Notes under the pieces: generated by a model
Told to the model about the DNA's origin: nothing
The model's input: only the letters and a program-made list of their open reading frames with translations
Databases searched by the model: none
Origin: Glaucostegus cemiculus
Taxonomy: Eukaryota
Length of the DNA stretch: 64,000 nt
Assembly (NCBI GenBank): GCA_976551045.1
Contig: CDPCPM010000479.1
Span: 124,001-188,000, forward strand
Reading direction: 5' to 3'
Part shown: piece after piece, positions 25,860 to 37,349 of the stretch
Position numbering within the stretch: position 1 is the first letter of the stretch
How the letters are laid out: each line of letters starts with the position of its first letter
Program-made: the position numbers and the translations under genes

Positions 25860-26745
25860 TAAGATGTTCCAACCATCTCTTGCTGCTCCTTGGATGACTT
25901 CCTTCTATCGTATAAGAAGTGAATGTTTGCCGATGATTGTGCAATGTTCAATTCCATTTTAAACTCCTCTGAAAACACAAAAGTCCATGTCTGCATGGAG
26001 CAAGAGCTAGACTGATAAATGGCAATGACCATCACCAACATGCAGAGGTCTAATCATGCATCCTTTAAAGGCATTTCCATCACCAAGTTCCCTTCCATCA
26101 AAATCTCAGGAGACACCATTGATCAGAAATTTCAATGGATAACCTGAATAAATTCTGTGGCTACAAGAGCAAGTCGGAATTTGAGTATTCAGTGGAAAGT
26201 TATTCACCTCCTGACTCCCACAAACCTTCAAACCTTTTCTCCTTTACAGGCACAACCAAGGAATCTGATGGAATATTCTTTACTTGACTGGATGGGCACT
26301 GCTCCAAAAACACTCCATCCTGGAGAAAACAGTCCATTGGGTTTATATTCCATTCATCATCCTACTATCACCTCCTCCACCACTGGTACACTCAGACCAT
26401 AGAGTGTATCTTTACTCACCAAGGCTAGTCCAACAGCACCTCTCAAATCTGCAGCCTAGAACGATAAAAAGGAGAAGGGCAGAAAACGCTTGAGAATACC
26501 ACTACCTGCAGGTACCCCTCCAAATTCTACACCATTCCCGATCTGGGAATATATCACTCTTCCTTTTCTCTGCTGGATCTGAATCCTGGAACTGTCTACC
26601 CAAAAGCACTGTATGAATATCTTCATTGGGAGGACTGTGGTAGTTCAAGAAAGGAGTTCAGCGCCACCTTCTCAAGGCAATTAGGAATGGGCAACAAAGG
26701 CTAGTCCTGCCAGTAACACCAACATGTCAAAAACAAATAAAATAT
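25860..26745 (+). mobile_element. Degraded CR1-type LINE 3' portion
   Basis: atgtttgccgatgattgt gives MFADDC (RT catalytic motif). Downstream it reads ...AQ.RNLMEYS.L.WM..AP.TL, then the tail gttcaagaaaggagttcagcgccaccttctcaagg...aataaa. Confidence 0.75.
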
Positions 26746-27099
26746 TTAAAAAATGAGAACGACCAAAGCTGTTGCAATTTATTTGGATGATAATTCACAT
26801 CTTATAAAGACGTGTCAAGACTCTACACTTTCAGCATTGGTAACTATTTACACCTAATGACACATACAGTGAATTGAATAATGATATGTATTTAAATATT
26901 TGTTCTTTCTACAGTAGTTATTAAGTACTTACTGAAGTGGAATTGATTGTAGTGCATTGTTAATAAGTTTATCAATGCCTATTTAAAAGCAAGGATTTGA
27001 CAGAAATAGCATTCAATGTCACATTAGACAGAATCCTCCTGTACTTACTCTTTTAAACTCTAAGTGTGAATCTATACAGCAGGGTGGAGAAATACTGCC

Positions 27100-27320
27100 A
27101 TTTCTCAGGTGTCTATGATTTAGCTGCTGTTTTCTGTCGCAATCTCTGTCGTATGCAAGCGGTTGCTTGTAAGTGCAAGCGCGTGAGTGTTGCCGGGAGC
27201 TGATTGGAAGATCCCGTGGGGCTGAGACCCTGGCTCATCCTCATTAGTGTTGACCTTGGTAAGAGAAAGAGGCGGCTGATGGATAGAGTGTGCAATGGAC
27301 AAGTCCCCTGGGAGCCACTA
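27100..27320. promoter_or_regulatory. Candidate conserved non-coding element (enhancer)
   Basis: GC- and CpG-elevated unique block in AT-rich intron with TGATTTA, TGATTGG and TGATGGAT (Pbx-Hox-like) motifs. No splice-bounded ORF. Confidence 0.45.
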
Positions 27321-28097
27321 TCTTATCTATTATTGTACTCTTCCCACCTCCCTGACCCTCCCAGTTCTGTACACCGCAGGCATCAGGGAGGGAATAAATC
27401 TGTGTCTGATCCTGAAAAAAAAGGACAGAATAAAAATGTCCTTTTTTATGAGGGTCAAAGACAAAATGTAGGAAATAGAATACCATATGCAAAAAATTAA
27501 TAACAGGTAGTCTGAAACCATTTTTAAACACCATACTATTATTTCTTAGTCAACCTATTATTTTGTTTTCGCACTTAAAAGATTCAATTTGAGAGATTTT
27601 AGAAAGCCATATGTGGTTTGTAACCATTTGGTACTGCCTAAGCTCCAAATGCAGTGACATCATCCAGATCATACTGAATATAGTAGACTACCCATCAACT
27701 TAGCTGTCATCATAACAAGGTTTGGGTTACATGAGGGGTTGCCAGTCAAAGGAAATCACCAGCATAAATGCTGCTAGTTAATGTCTTCTTTGTTTTGAGC
27801 ACAGTTACAAAGCTTCATTTTCTAAAGAGGAAACGGATGACCTCAAAATTATGTATATCAAAAGTACAAATGCTTCTTTAAAATTATATTTCCACCCTTA
27901 GCTAAATAGTTTCAAAAAACAGAATTTGAATAAAAATAAGATTATACTTCCAATAGCTCAGTGATTTAAATGTAGTTTAGCTACGTAAAACTGGAAAATC
28001 ACAGGTTGGACCTTTAGGAATATCTTAACCCATGATAATAGGCAGAGTTTGTACCAGGTGAGAGGGTTAAATCCACAAAGGAAGGTCAATTTGTTGG

Positions 28098-28745
28098 AAA
28101 ACCAAGTAACCGCAGATGTCAGAAAGCCAAAATAAAAACAGAAGATGCTAGAAATCTTCATCAAATCAGGCAGCACCTGTGGGGAGATAAACAGAGTTAA
28201 CATTTCAGATTCTTGGTCTTTCACCAGATGAAATTTAATCAGATGATCTGAACATCAGCTTTGTTTCTCTCCCCATCAATGCTGCCAACTGCTGAGAACT
28301 TCTGTCATGATTCTGAGTACTAGCCCTTGATTTGGTTCCTTAGATGCCTCGTTGTACAGCACATGGATTCCATTCTGGACTGATTGCATAATGACACACA
28401 CCTGAGCCCCATCAGGGGCCTAGCATAAGTACCTGGGTTTCTCTAGCACTAGTTGCCAGAGTATTGGTCAACCTTCAGGTTTACTTTGGCTCCTAGCTGC
28501 TTAGAGTGGTCTACTCTAGAGCAGGCCTGTGTTATCTAGTCCTGCTTGAAGATTCAGTTCGTGTTGGGATTACTACTCAGATCTCTGCGGCAAGATTCCT
28601 TCCAGTGTTACCTGTGTTCGGTCCTGAGGAAGTATCCTGACTCCAGTCTTGTACCAGTGTGCTGCATTTGGGTTCTCTGTGAGCTTGCTCTTCAATCAAC
28701 ATTGTGACAACTTCAGTGTTCCCTATTTTGATTTCACAATGTGTT
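28098..28745. mobile_element. Penelope pLTR hairpin disrupted by the solo LTR at 28303-28709
   Basis: Left arm aaaataaaaacagaagatgctag...caggcagcacctgtggggagataaacagagttaacatttcag. The right arm ...gctgccaactgctgagaacttc|LTR|agtgttccctattttgatttcac resumes after the LTR. Confidence 0.65.
28303..28709 (+). mobile_element. Solo LTR (Gypsy-like), copy 2
   Basis: 407 bp, TGTCA...TGACA, 5-bp TSD ACTTC (28298-28302 / 28710-28714), colinear with 8950-9356. Confidence 0.88.
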
Positions 28746-28993
28746 GGAAGCCCAGTGACTGTGAGATTTTACCCTCTAAAGGGGTGGTTTGGCAATTAAC
28801 AAATGTTGAATTTCACTTGGAAGCTATTTAGCAACAGCTTATGAATTTTATGCAGGAAATATATTTCAAGAACTTCCTGACGTTTCCCAGTAAATTCATG
28901 GCAACAGTGCAGGGTCCTTAATGAGGGCTAAAGAGTTGACAATAAATACTGCTGCCTCATGGCTGGTCTCTTGAATGACATTCTAAAACACTT

Positions 28994-29208
28994 GGCAATG
29001 CAAGAGCCTACAGATGTTGGAATGTGGCGCAACAAACAATCTGCCAGAGGAAGTCAGTGGGTTATGCAGTATCTGTGGGTGGAAAGGAATTGTCGACATT
29101 TTGGGTTGTCAGGTCCTGCTGCAGGGTTTTGACCCACAACGTCCACAATTCCTTTCCTCGCACAGATGCTGCATAACTTGCTGAGTTCCTCCAGCAGATT
29201 GTTTGTTG
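28994..29208. mobile_element. Penelope pLTR-derived hairpin insertion
   Basis: Arms caacaaacaatctgccagaggaagtcag...ggaaaggaattgtcgacatt and acgtccacaattcctttcc...ctgagttcctccagcagattgtttgttg, with a 14-bp TSD ATTCTAAAACACTT (28980-28993 / 29209-29222). Confidence 0.82.
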
Positions 29209-29447
29209 ATTCTAAAACACTTCCTTCACATGAGTTATCTTAGTTGTTTTTTCTTCAAGAAACTGTGGAGTAAGTTTGGATAGGATTTATGTCAACTTAG
29301 CTTTTGGTTCAAATATTTTTTTGACCTGCCCACTTGCTAAATATAGTTAGTAGTTCTCTATGGAGACATCTGTGTGTATGTTGCTCCAGCAATAAATTGG
29401 AGAACCCACAGAAGGACTGTGATGGACATCCACATCCCCAGGAACAG

Positions 29448-29630
29448 GAGACACAAGAGACTGCAGATGCTGGAACCTGGAGCATAAAACAAACTGCTGG
29501 AGGAACTCAGTGGGTCAGGTAGTTGGTAAGTGAAGTCCAGATGAAGGGTCTTGACCCAAAACTTCAACTGCCTATTTCCCTCTACTGATGCTGCCCAAAT
29601 CGCTGAGTTCCACCAGCAGTTTGTTTTTGG
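29448..29630. mobile_element. Penelope pLTR-derived hairpin insertion
   Basis: Arms aaaacaaactgctggaggaactcag and ctgagttccaccagcagtttgtttt, with a 12-bp TSD CCCCAGGAACAG (29436-29447 / 29631-29642). Confidence 0.82.
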
Positions 29631-30201
29631 CCCCAGGAACAGCCCGCAGCTATCTCCTCACAGCTGGACAAACAAAGGGAATCATGAGTGAGAAAAGATA
29701 AACTTGAACTTTCAAAGGTAAGCTATTTTACAGTTTTCATTGTACAACTCTTCGCATGCTGGTGTCCTCAAATCTAGATGAGCAATTTGTCTGGAAGATT
29801 TAGAATTCTGAAAATGTGAGATTCCCTATCTCTCCATCCTCCAGGGAATGCACTCAATCTAGATCTGTTTTCTCTGCCTGTTGATTGGCCAAGGGCTAGA
29901 GAACCACCCGCAGTTTTCAGCATCCCCCCCTGGGATTCTGCGCTCTTATAGGAAGGGAAGAAGGGATCCATTAATGAGAATCATGGCACATGTGGAGGTG
30001 GACGGAGTATATTTGTTGCTGGTGGCTTTGAGGGGGAGGCATAGCGTTGCACAAAGATTTAGGGGAAATGTCAGTCGTGATTGAACAAGTGGGGATGTAA
30101 GGAAGTGCAAAGACAGATAACAACTGAAATAACCTGAAAGGCAAGTAGGGATGAAAGAAAATACACTGGAGTTAAGAGGGATTCAAGTAACTTTTTCTAA
30201 A

Positions 30202-30457
30202 TTTTCTTTTTTTATATTTTATTTACAACATAGTAACAGGCCCTTTCGGCCCAACGAGTCCGCGCCGCCCATTTTAAACCCCCAAATTAACCTACCCGTA
30301 CGTCTTTCAGAATGTGGGAGGAAACTGGAGCACCCAGAGGAAACCCACGCAGACACAAGAGAATGTACAAACTCCTTACAGTCAGCGACAGGAATTGAAC
30401 CCCAATCGCTGGTGCTGTAACAGCATTGTGCTAACCGCTGTGCTATCGTGCTGCCCC
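30202..30457 (-). mobile_element. Young tRNA-derived V-SINE
   Basis: Reverse complement begins GGGGCAGCACGATAGCACAGCGGTTAGC (A-box), then GGTTCAATTCC (B-box), V-domain and an A-rich tail. Same subfamily as 37830-38064. Confidence 0.87.
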
Positions 30458-30769
30458 ATATATATATTGAGGTAGTGATTGTACTACTGTGCCTGCCTTT
30501 TCTAATCTAATGAGCTAATTAAATTGTTTGCAGCACTAAATCCAGGAGAAGGAGACCACATTCCTACTGTTGACTTCTGCATCAACTTCCCATTAAGTTT
30601 TCTTGGTATTAGTCTTAGGGCCTTACAGCAGAAACACCTAGCAATGTATCAAAGAACCTGGGAGTAGTCCTTGCATAGCCACTCTGCACCATCTAGTCTG
30701 CTGTGCAGGTAACTTGAAAGGTTGTCAAATATAATGCTTTCAGTGTGAAATGATGGGGCTGAAACTGAA

Positions 30770-32623
30770 AAGAAGACGGAGAATTCTGGAAAAAACTCTA
30801 CAGGTTAGACAGTATCTTGGATCGAGAAACTGGGTAGGAGTGAAAATAAAAGTTAATTTTATCCTGCAGTGAAGGTGGTAGGATGGATGGATAGAACAAA
30901 AAGAATATTTGTGACAGGTGAGAGCAAGTCAAATGGGTAAATGAGACAATTAGAGGGTGACTAAGGAGAGACAAGAGACTGCAGATGCTGGAATCTGGAG
31001 CAACAATCTGCTGGAGGAACTCAGCAGGTCGAGTAACACCTGTGGGGGGGGAAAGGAATTGTTGACGTTTCAGGTTGAAAACCTGGTGCAGAGTTTTGAC
31101 CTGAAATGTCAACAGTTCCTTTCCTTCTACGGATGCTGCTCCTACTGGGTTCCTCCAGTAGATTGTTTGTTGCTAGAGAGTGATTATGCTGCTTTTTCTA
31201 TGTTATGTGTGTGAGGCATGAACAGCAGGGTAGGCAGTGCAAATGAAGAGAGAAAACTGAGCCACAATCACAGATCATTAACTTACAACAGGAATAGCCA
31301 GTTCTGATACAGACAAGAAAATAAGTTACCTGAAGTTGGGAAATTCAGTATGTGTTGGGAAGGCTGCAATGGACCCAGATGGAAGAATAGGTGTCATGCC
31401 TCAAGTTTGCATTGTGCTTCACTGTAACAGCGCAAGAGGGCATAGTCAGCTAGATCAGAGTGAGACAGGAATGGAGAATTAAAGTGGTGGGCGATCAGAG
31501 GTTTAGGGTCATTTTTATGACTGAACACGGATGCTCCTCAAAGTGATCACCTGACCTGTGTTTAGTTTCTCCAATGCAGTGGAAGCCACATTGTGAACAC
31601 TGAAATGTGATAGACTGGATTGGAAGAAGTGCGAGTGAACCGCTGGCTCATCTGGAAAGACAATCTTGGAACTTAGATGGTGGAGCTGGTGGAAGTTGCA
31701 AAGGATATTCAACCTCCGTAAAAGATTCCAACACCAGACACAAACTTCCGACCCCTTTGCTTTCAGCATTTTCAACATGCCCCTCTATGGTCCACTCTTC
31801 TGTCCCCACCAACCACGCTCCATCTTACGGCACTTTCCAATGTAATGGCAGGAGATGCAACACCTGTCTTTTCAACTCTTCCCATCTGACTACCTGGGAC
31901 CCCAACAATTTTTTTCTGGTGAAGCAGAGATTCACTTGCCCTGCTTCCAATCTTGTACACTGTATTCGGTGTTCAGAATATGGTTTCTTCTACAACGGAG
32001 AATGGGTGATGGTTCATTCTGCAGGACTGACCCTGAGTTTCACGTTGTCTGCTACTTTAATTCTCCATCTCTGACCCATCTGCCTGTGGTCTCTTGCACT
32101 TTAGCAAAAAGGTCCAATGCGAGTTTGGCAAACAACACCTCATCTTCTGCCTGGGCATATTACCGCCCTCTGGACTCAATACTGAATTCTCCATCTTTAG
32201 GTAACTAACTTTCCCCCATCTGTTTCAGAACTGGCCATTTGCATTGGAGCTGGTCATTTTGAATGTGAGTTTTTCTCTCTCCATTAATAATTCCAAATTG
32301 GCTGTATACGTCCCACAACACCACTATCATCAGCACATCATACAGACAATGAAGCATAATTACCGTCCAACTGACCTATTAACCCACGTGAACTAGTCTC
32401 ATCCTACCATAGATGTTCCCTTTGTGCCATCCATCTTTGTCGTCAAGTTCTGTGCAAGTTAAAAATACCTTTTTTTCTCTCTTTCCCAGTTCTGACAAAG
32501 GGTCTCTGACCTGACATGTTAACTCTGCTTCTCTTTCCTCAGATGCTGCCTGACCTGCTAGGTGTTTCCATATTTGTGGGTTTTATTTCAGATTTCTAGC
32601 ACCTGTGTTAATTTTTTGATCTT
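30770..32623 (+). mobile_element. Penelope-like retroelement remnant with inverted 5' segment
   Basis: Plus ORF GTFQCNGRRCNTC...FLVKQRFTCPASNLVHCIRCSEYGFFYNGE (Cys linker plus GIY-YIG). The same region is present in reverse at ~31325-31700. The pLTR and tail are at the right end. 16-bp TSD TGGGGCTGAAACTGAA (30754-30769 / 32624-32639). Confidence 0.85.
30967..31173. mobile_element. pLTR hairpin nested in the Penelope remnant
   Basis: Arms caatctgctggaggaactcagcag...gaaaggaattgttgacgtttcagg and cctgaaatgtcaacagttcctttcc...ggttcctccagtagattg. Same subfamily as 28994-29208. Confidence 0.78.
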
Positions 32624-34204
32624 TGGGGCTGAAACTGAATTGTGCTTGTCATCATTGTTACCCAGTCAGACTAATCAGTATGGAAACATAGCAGTGATAT
32701 ATTAATGTCATAGCAGAGTTAAAAACTGCTATATCAAGAACAATGTCATCAAAATCCATCTCTCACCTGCTGGCAGGCACATTACTCCTGGTACATTGGA
32801 CAGCTAAAATTCTTTTGCTGTAGTTTTTATGCTGTAGCTCCTTTGGTTGCCAAGCAGCATTACCAATGAAGTCAAGTTGAAAATTTTCTTATTTTTTTGG
32901 AGGCTGTTGCCATCATCTGCAAAGGAAGTACTCTTCTCTATGGGTACCTAATTATTCATAATCCCATTGTTACCTGGGGATATTTGGACTTACCCTTTCA
33001 TACATGTTAGTCTGACTTTAAAGAGCTGGTTTAAAAAAAAAGGTTCTTATCCATTCTCATTCTGTGTCCACACTCATTAGGCTTGTTACTCTTCTGATTA
33101 ATTTTATGACTTTCATCTCAGTGGTACCCCCACTGCAAATGATGGATGTGGGAGGACACCACGATCATAATGAGTAGATGAGCCTTGAATACATAACTAG
33201 AGAAAGGCAATTCTTGATAGTACATCCATGGCCGATCTGACCCAGACCTCATCTCCTCTTCTGTGCCAGTTCCTGACCTTTCAAAAAGCTATCTCAGAGG
33301 GTTGTAGAGGCAGGATCATTGGGAATATTTAAAGAGAAAATAGATACATTTTTTTCTCCCATACTCCCATTTTCTTATGTTCTTATAAAAGAGTATTTAG
33401 AAATCTTTTCTCCACCATTGAGTTTTTCCTTTATTGAAACAATTTTTCCACTAAAATCAAGTATTATTGCAAGATTTTCAAACTGCATTGATAAAAATAT
33501 GGGCTGAGATGTCAACTCTGATCTAGAAAACATACAGATTAAAGCCTAAAGGAAATGTGAACATTATGCAAGCAGGAGTTTCTAGTTTAAACAAAAAATG
33601 TTAGAAGAAGTTCTGGATAAAAAGGACCATCCAACCCCCCACCACTGTAATGTTTTTGAAAATGTTTGCAGGCTCTGTACTGTCATCTATTTTAAATTAT
33701 ACAAATGGATCTCCAGTGGTGGGGCAGGGTGGGTTTAATCCTGCGGGTCCAGTACAACCTCAGGAGTAGGATCTGCAGGAACATCACTGAAAATCCGGTA
33801 GGTGAGCATAAGAACTCCTGTGAAAATCCACCTCATCATTTAGAAAGCAAAGCTCTACAAGTCTAGTGCAATGCAATTCTGATAGAGTATCCTACAAACA
33901 ATTCTTTTAACACCTATTTTTCTCAATTGTTTTTGTCATTAAGTCCAAAACAATCATATATTAGTACTTGAAGGCATTTACTGTTTAGTATAGTTCATTA
34001 TTAATTATTAAACCACAAAGGTTATGCAAAAGCGTAATGTATGTGCTCTGTGTTTATCTTTTTAATAGAGTAAGCTTGCAGCACAAATGACAGTTAATAA
34101 AAGGAATGAATAATTACAATCTGCTAAATCATTCTAGTATTTAGTCCCAGGACAGGAAAAAAAAATGCTGGTGGATGCAATTCTGCTTCTCCTGTTGCCT
34201 CTGC

Positions 34205-34352
34205 ATAGGATCAAGGAATCAAGGGATATGGGGATAATGCAGGAAAATGGAGCTGAGGTAGAAGATCAGCTATGATCTTGATGAATGAGGGAGCAGGCTC
34301 AAAGGGCCAGATGGCTTACTCTTGCTCCTAATTCTTATGTTCTTGTGTTCTT
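34205..34352 (+). mobile_element. CR1 3' tail fragment
   Basis: ggaatcaagggatatggggataatgcaggaaaatggagctgagg...ctcctaattcttatgttctt is a typical CR1 3' end. Confidence 0.7.
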
Positions 34353-37349
34353 AGGTATAGGACAAGTACATCATGTTTGCATAACTCAGAATCAACTTTC
34401 AGTGACCTTTTCGGTAGCCTTTCTTCTCACTCAGAATGCCTATCCTGGCAATGGACTTCTCAGACCAATCTTTCCACAAATCTCATGACCTAAGTGTGCC
34501 TCAAGGATTTGTTATCTTTTCACACTCTCTGAAATTGAGCATCCCACTGGCTAGTGATTCATGCCAAGTGCTAACAAATAAAAAAAACTCAGACCTTCAA
34601 AATGGCAGCCCAGCAACAACAAACACAAATTCTCATTTATGAAATACCTTCAACATGGAAAACGTTCCCAAAACAAGTCAAATTGTTAGCGGGGGGGAAA
34701 TAAATGAATGATTAATTATATTTCAAGTTCCATCAAAACTTAAATGAGAGGGTGGGGAGTTAGGAAAGGGATTCCAATGAGCACCTTATCATCAGTGTAA
34801 GGCTGCTTTGGTCACTCCTATCGATCCTTTTGCCAGCTTGAACTTTGTTTCTGCCTCAAAGTTGCCACAAATTAATTGATGACAATTGACACCAACCTAC
34901 ACTTTAGCTGAACTTTATGCAATCATTAATACATGCTCATACAGGCTGAGTAGTTGCAGAAAACATAAATTTTCTGCTCCCCCCCCCCATAAATGAAACA
35001 AATTAAACATTAGTTTTATGAATCGTCTGCATGCTCTTTACATGGCAATTCTATGTAGATGTCTTTTTATTTAACCATAATGATTTGGTTATTGCTAATA
35101 TTTAACCATATGCATTGGAATTAAAAAAATAGACCTTAGGTATAAATGAACATGTGGTAAGTAAAGTATTCAAAGATGTTGAAAAAGTGTTGTGAGATAC
35201 TGATGAATACACAAACACAACCCACTTCTATGGCTAATGAAGACTAATAAATTCCCAGGTAAGGAATAAAGGGATATTATTTTATTTTGGTACCAGGTCT
35301 TGATTCAAATGGAATGTGTGTCACTTGGGTGGCGGGGGGAGCACCTGGCAAGTACTGCACTGAAACCAGCGGCCAAGGTTCAAAGGAAGACAGCCAAGCT
35401 CAGCTTTGGCCCCAAGGCAGAAGAGTCTGCCTCGGTTAACCTTTGCTGACTGAGGAAGATCGAGCTTGATGTCAGAACTAATTATCTTTTGGCTTGCACC
35501 ATGTGCCATGTTACATGTTATGACTCATACTCCTCTCAAATATTCATTCACTATGATGACTTCCATCTACCTCCTCCTTACCAGGCATTCAGTACGATAA
35601 AAGCAAAGAGTTTCTCTATTCAGAACAAAACACGTTAAGCAACATTCTGTGTGTACAAATGCTAAAGCAATTAGGCACTAATTCCTGATCTGTTACTACA
35701 TTAAACAATACATGTGCATCTATGTGCATTTTCACAGTTATTCAAGGCTTAGTGGCAATTAGCTTGCAAAAAAAAAGCAAGTGTAAATATAACTTACCTG
35801 TATATTGGCAAGCAGTTTTTAAAGAAAATCTACTGTGCCGAGCTTGGATTACTATTTCCTTGAGAAGGTAAATCCATCTTCCACTAACTGTGAACTTAGA
35901 TTTTATTCAATATTATCCTACTCAACAGGTACAACATTGTGGAATTTTCATGTTATTTGTCTTTTTCTTGTCCCCCTAAACACTATAACCCTGGCAGGAG
36001 GTAGGTAGGCACAAATTCCAGGCCTTTGCTAATCACATTCTGTAAATGCCAACTAGGAGGTTTGAGAGCAGATTGGAATGCCTCTCTGTGGTGAACACCT
36101 GGTTTATATTTGATGCATCCCCTTCAGCATTGCTGATATCTACAGGTCCCTTTGTGGGGAGTTGCAGGAGCCAAACAAGTCGGCAAGATATTACAATGTA
36201 GCTCTGGTATTCAGTACCAGCAGGCCGCATGCTTTTCCTGTCCAGAATTTAAATTGCAATTTAAAACAATCAGATACGGTTATCAAATTATTCCCTGAAA
36301 TTTTAATAACATCACAGTTGTTATATATTCCAGTTATAATCCTCAATCATTGAAACAGCTATTCTCTCCATTCCATAGAGGAAAACCTTTCAGTTTACAC
36401 AGTCCAGGTTCGGGTGACTTTTCCAAACTTTGCTTGATCAATCTGTTTCTGAGTAAAATCCGCACTCATTTGTCTTTACAAACAACATGCAGGGATTACT
36501 ACCTAACTAAGACCACTGTAGTATACCAGTCTATTCTGATAAATATCAGTTGCTAATAAAGTCGATAATAGTCATTAAAAGTTAAAAAAACTATACACCA
36601 CAATGGGGGAAATATTCAAAACAAGTAATACAAAAATGACAATAAGATGCAATGGCATATCATAACAAGTCAGAAGGGAACCAACAGATGGGAACACTGG
36701 AGAGATGGAAAGTTGACAAAGTTGAATGAGGTGAACTTGACCTCCAAGAAGCTGATGTAGATCTCCACATACATCAGTGGTGGAGTATAGCTCCACTGCA
36801 TTACTATGCAATGAAGAAGTAAATGGTCTGTTTCTGGGGTAGCTAACAGTTCCCCCATTACTTGATCAGTGTGTTTCTCCCCCTGAACTGGAGTTGTATA
36901 GGAATGGAAAAACTAGATGGCAGGCTTGTTTGGTTGTCAGAACTATTTTCATCTTGCTGAATATTTAAATGTAGCTTTCCAGATTAATTTTAACTTGGTC
37001 CTCGACGTTCTTACCTAGTGCTGAATCATTCCCTGCTTGAGCATATGTGGCAATTTGACTGAACTGTTTGGGTATAAATTTAGCCTAACAAGCACTAGAA
37101 GTTGAGCTGGACCCAACATGTCTTGCAATACAGTTTCTCACCTGAGCTGCCAACCACTTCGGCTTCCTCTCGTGAAATATGTGAACCTTTCCCAAAGTGA
37201 GCACATGCCACACTCTACATTTGAAATACTATTATAAACTAATAAGGAGAAAAAAATATCCAAAAGTGCAAACAATCTGGCTCAGGGTGAGATGAGGTTT
37301 GGAATAGAGGATGGCTGCATGGTCAATAATGATAAATTTATTATTATTA

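Noticed and set aside
8950-28709. The two LTR copies as the ends of one 19.8-kb provirus
   Set aside because: Each copy has its own distinct TSD (CTTTG versus ACTTC) and no gag/pol lies between them.
36560-36900. Possible Harbinger transposase N-terminal relic (YTPPLMY...SFLE)
   Set aside because: Similarity too weak to support without a profile search.
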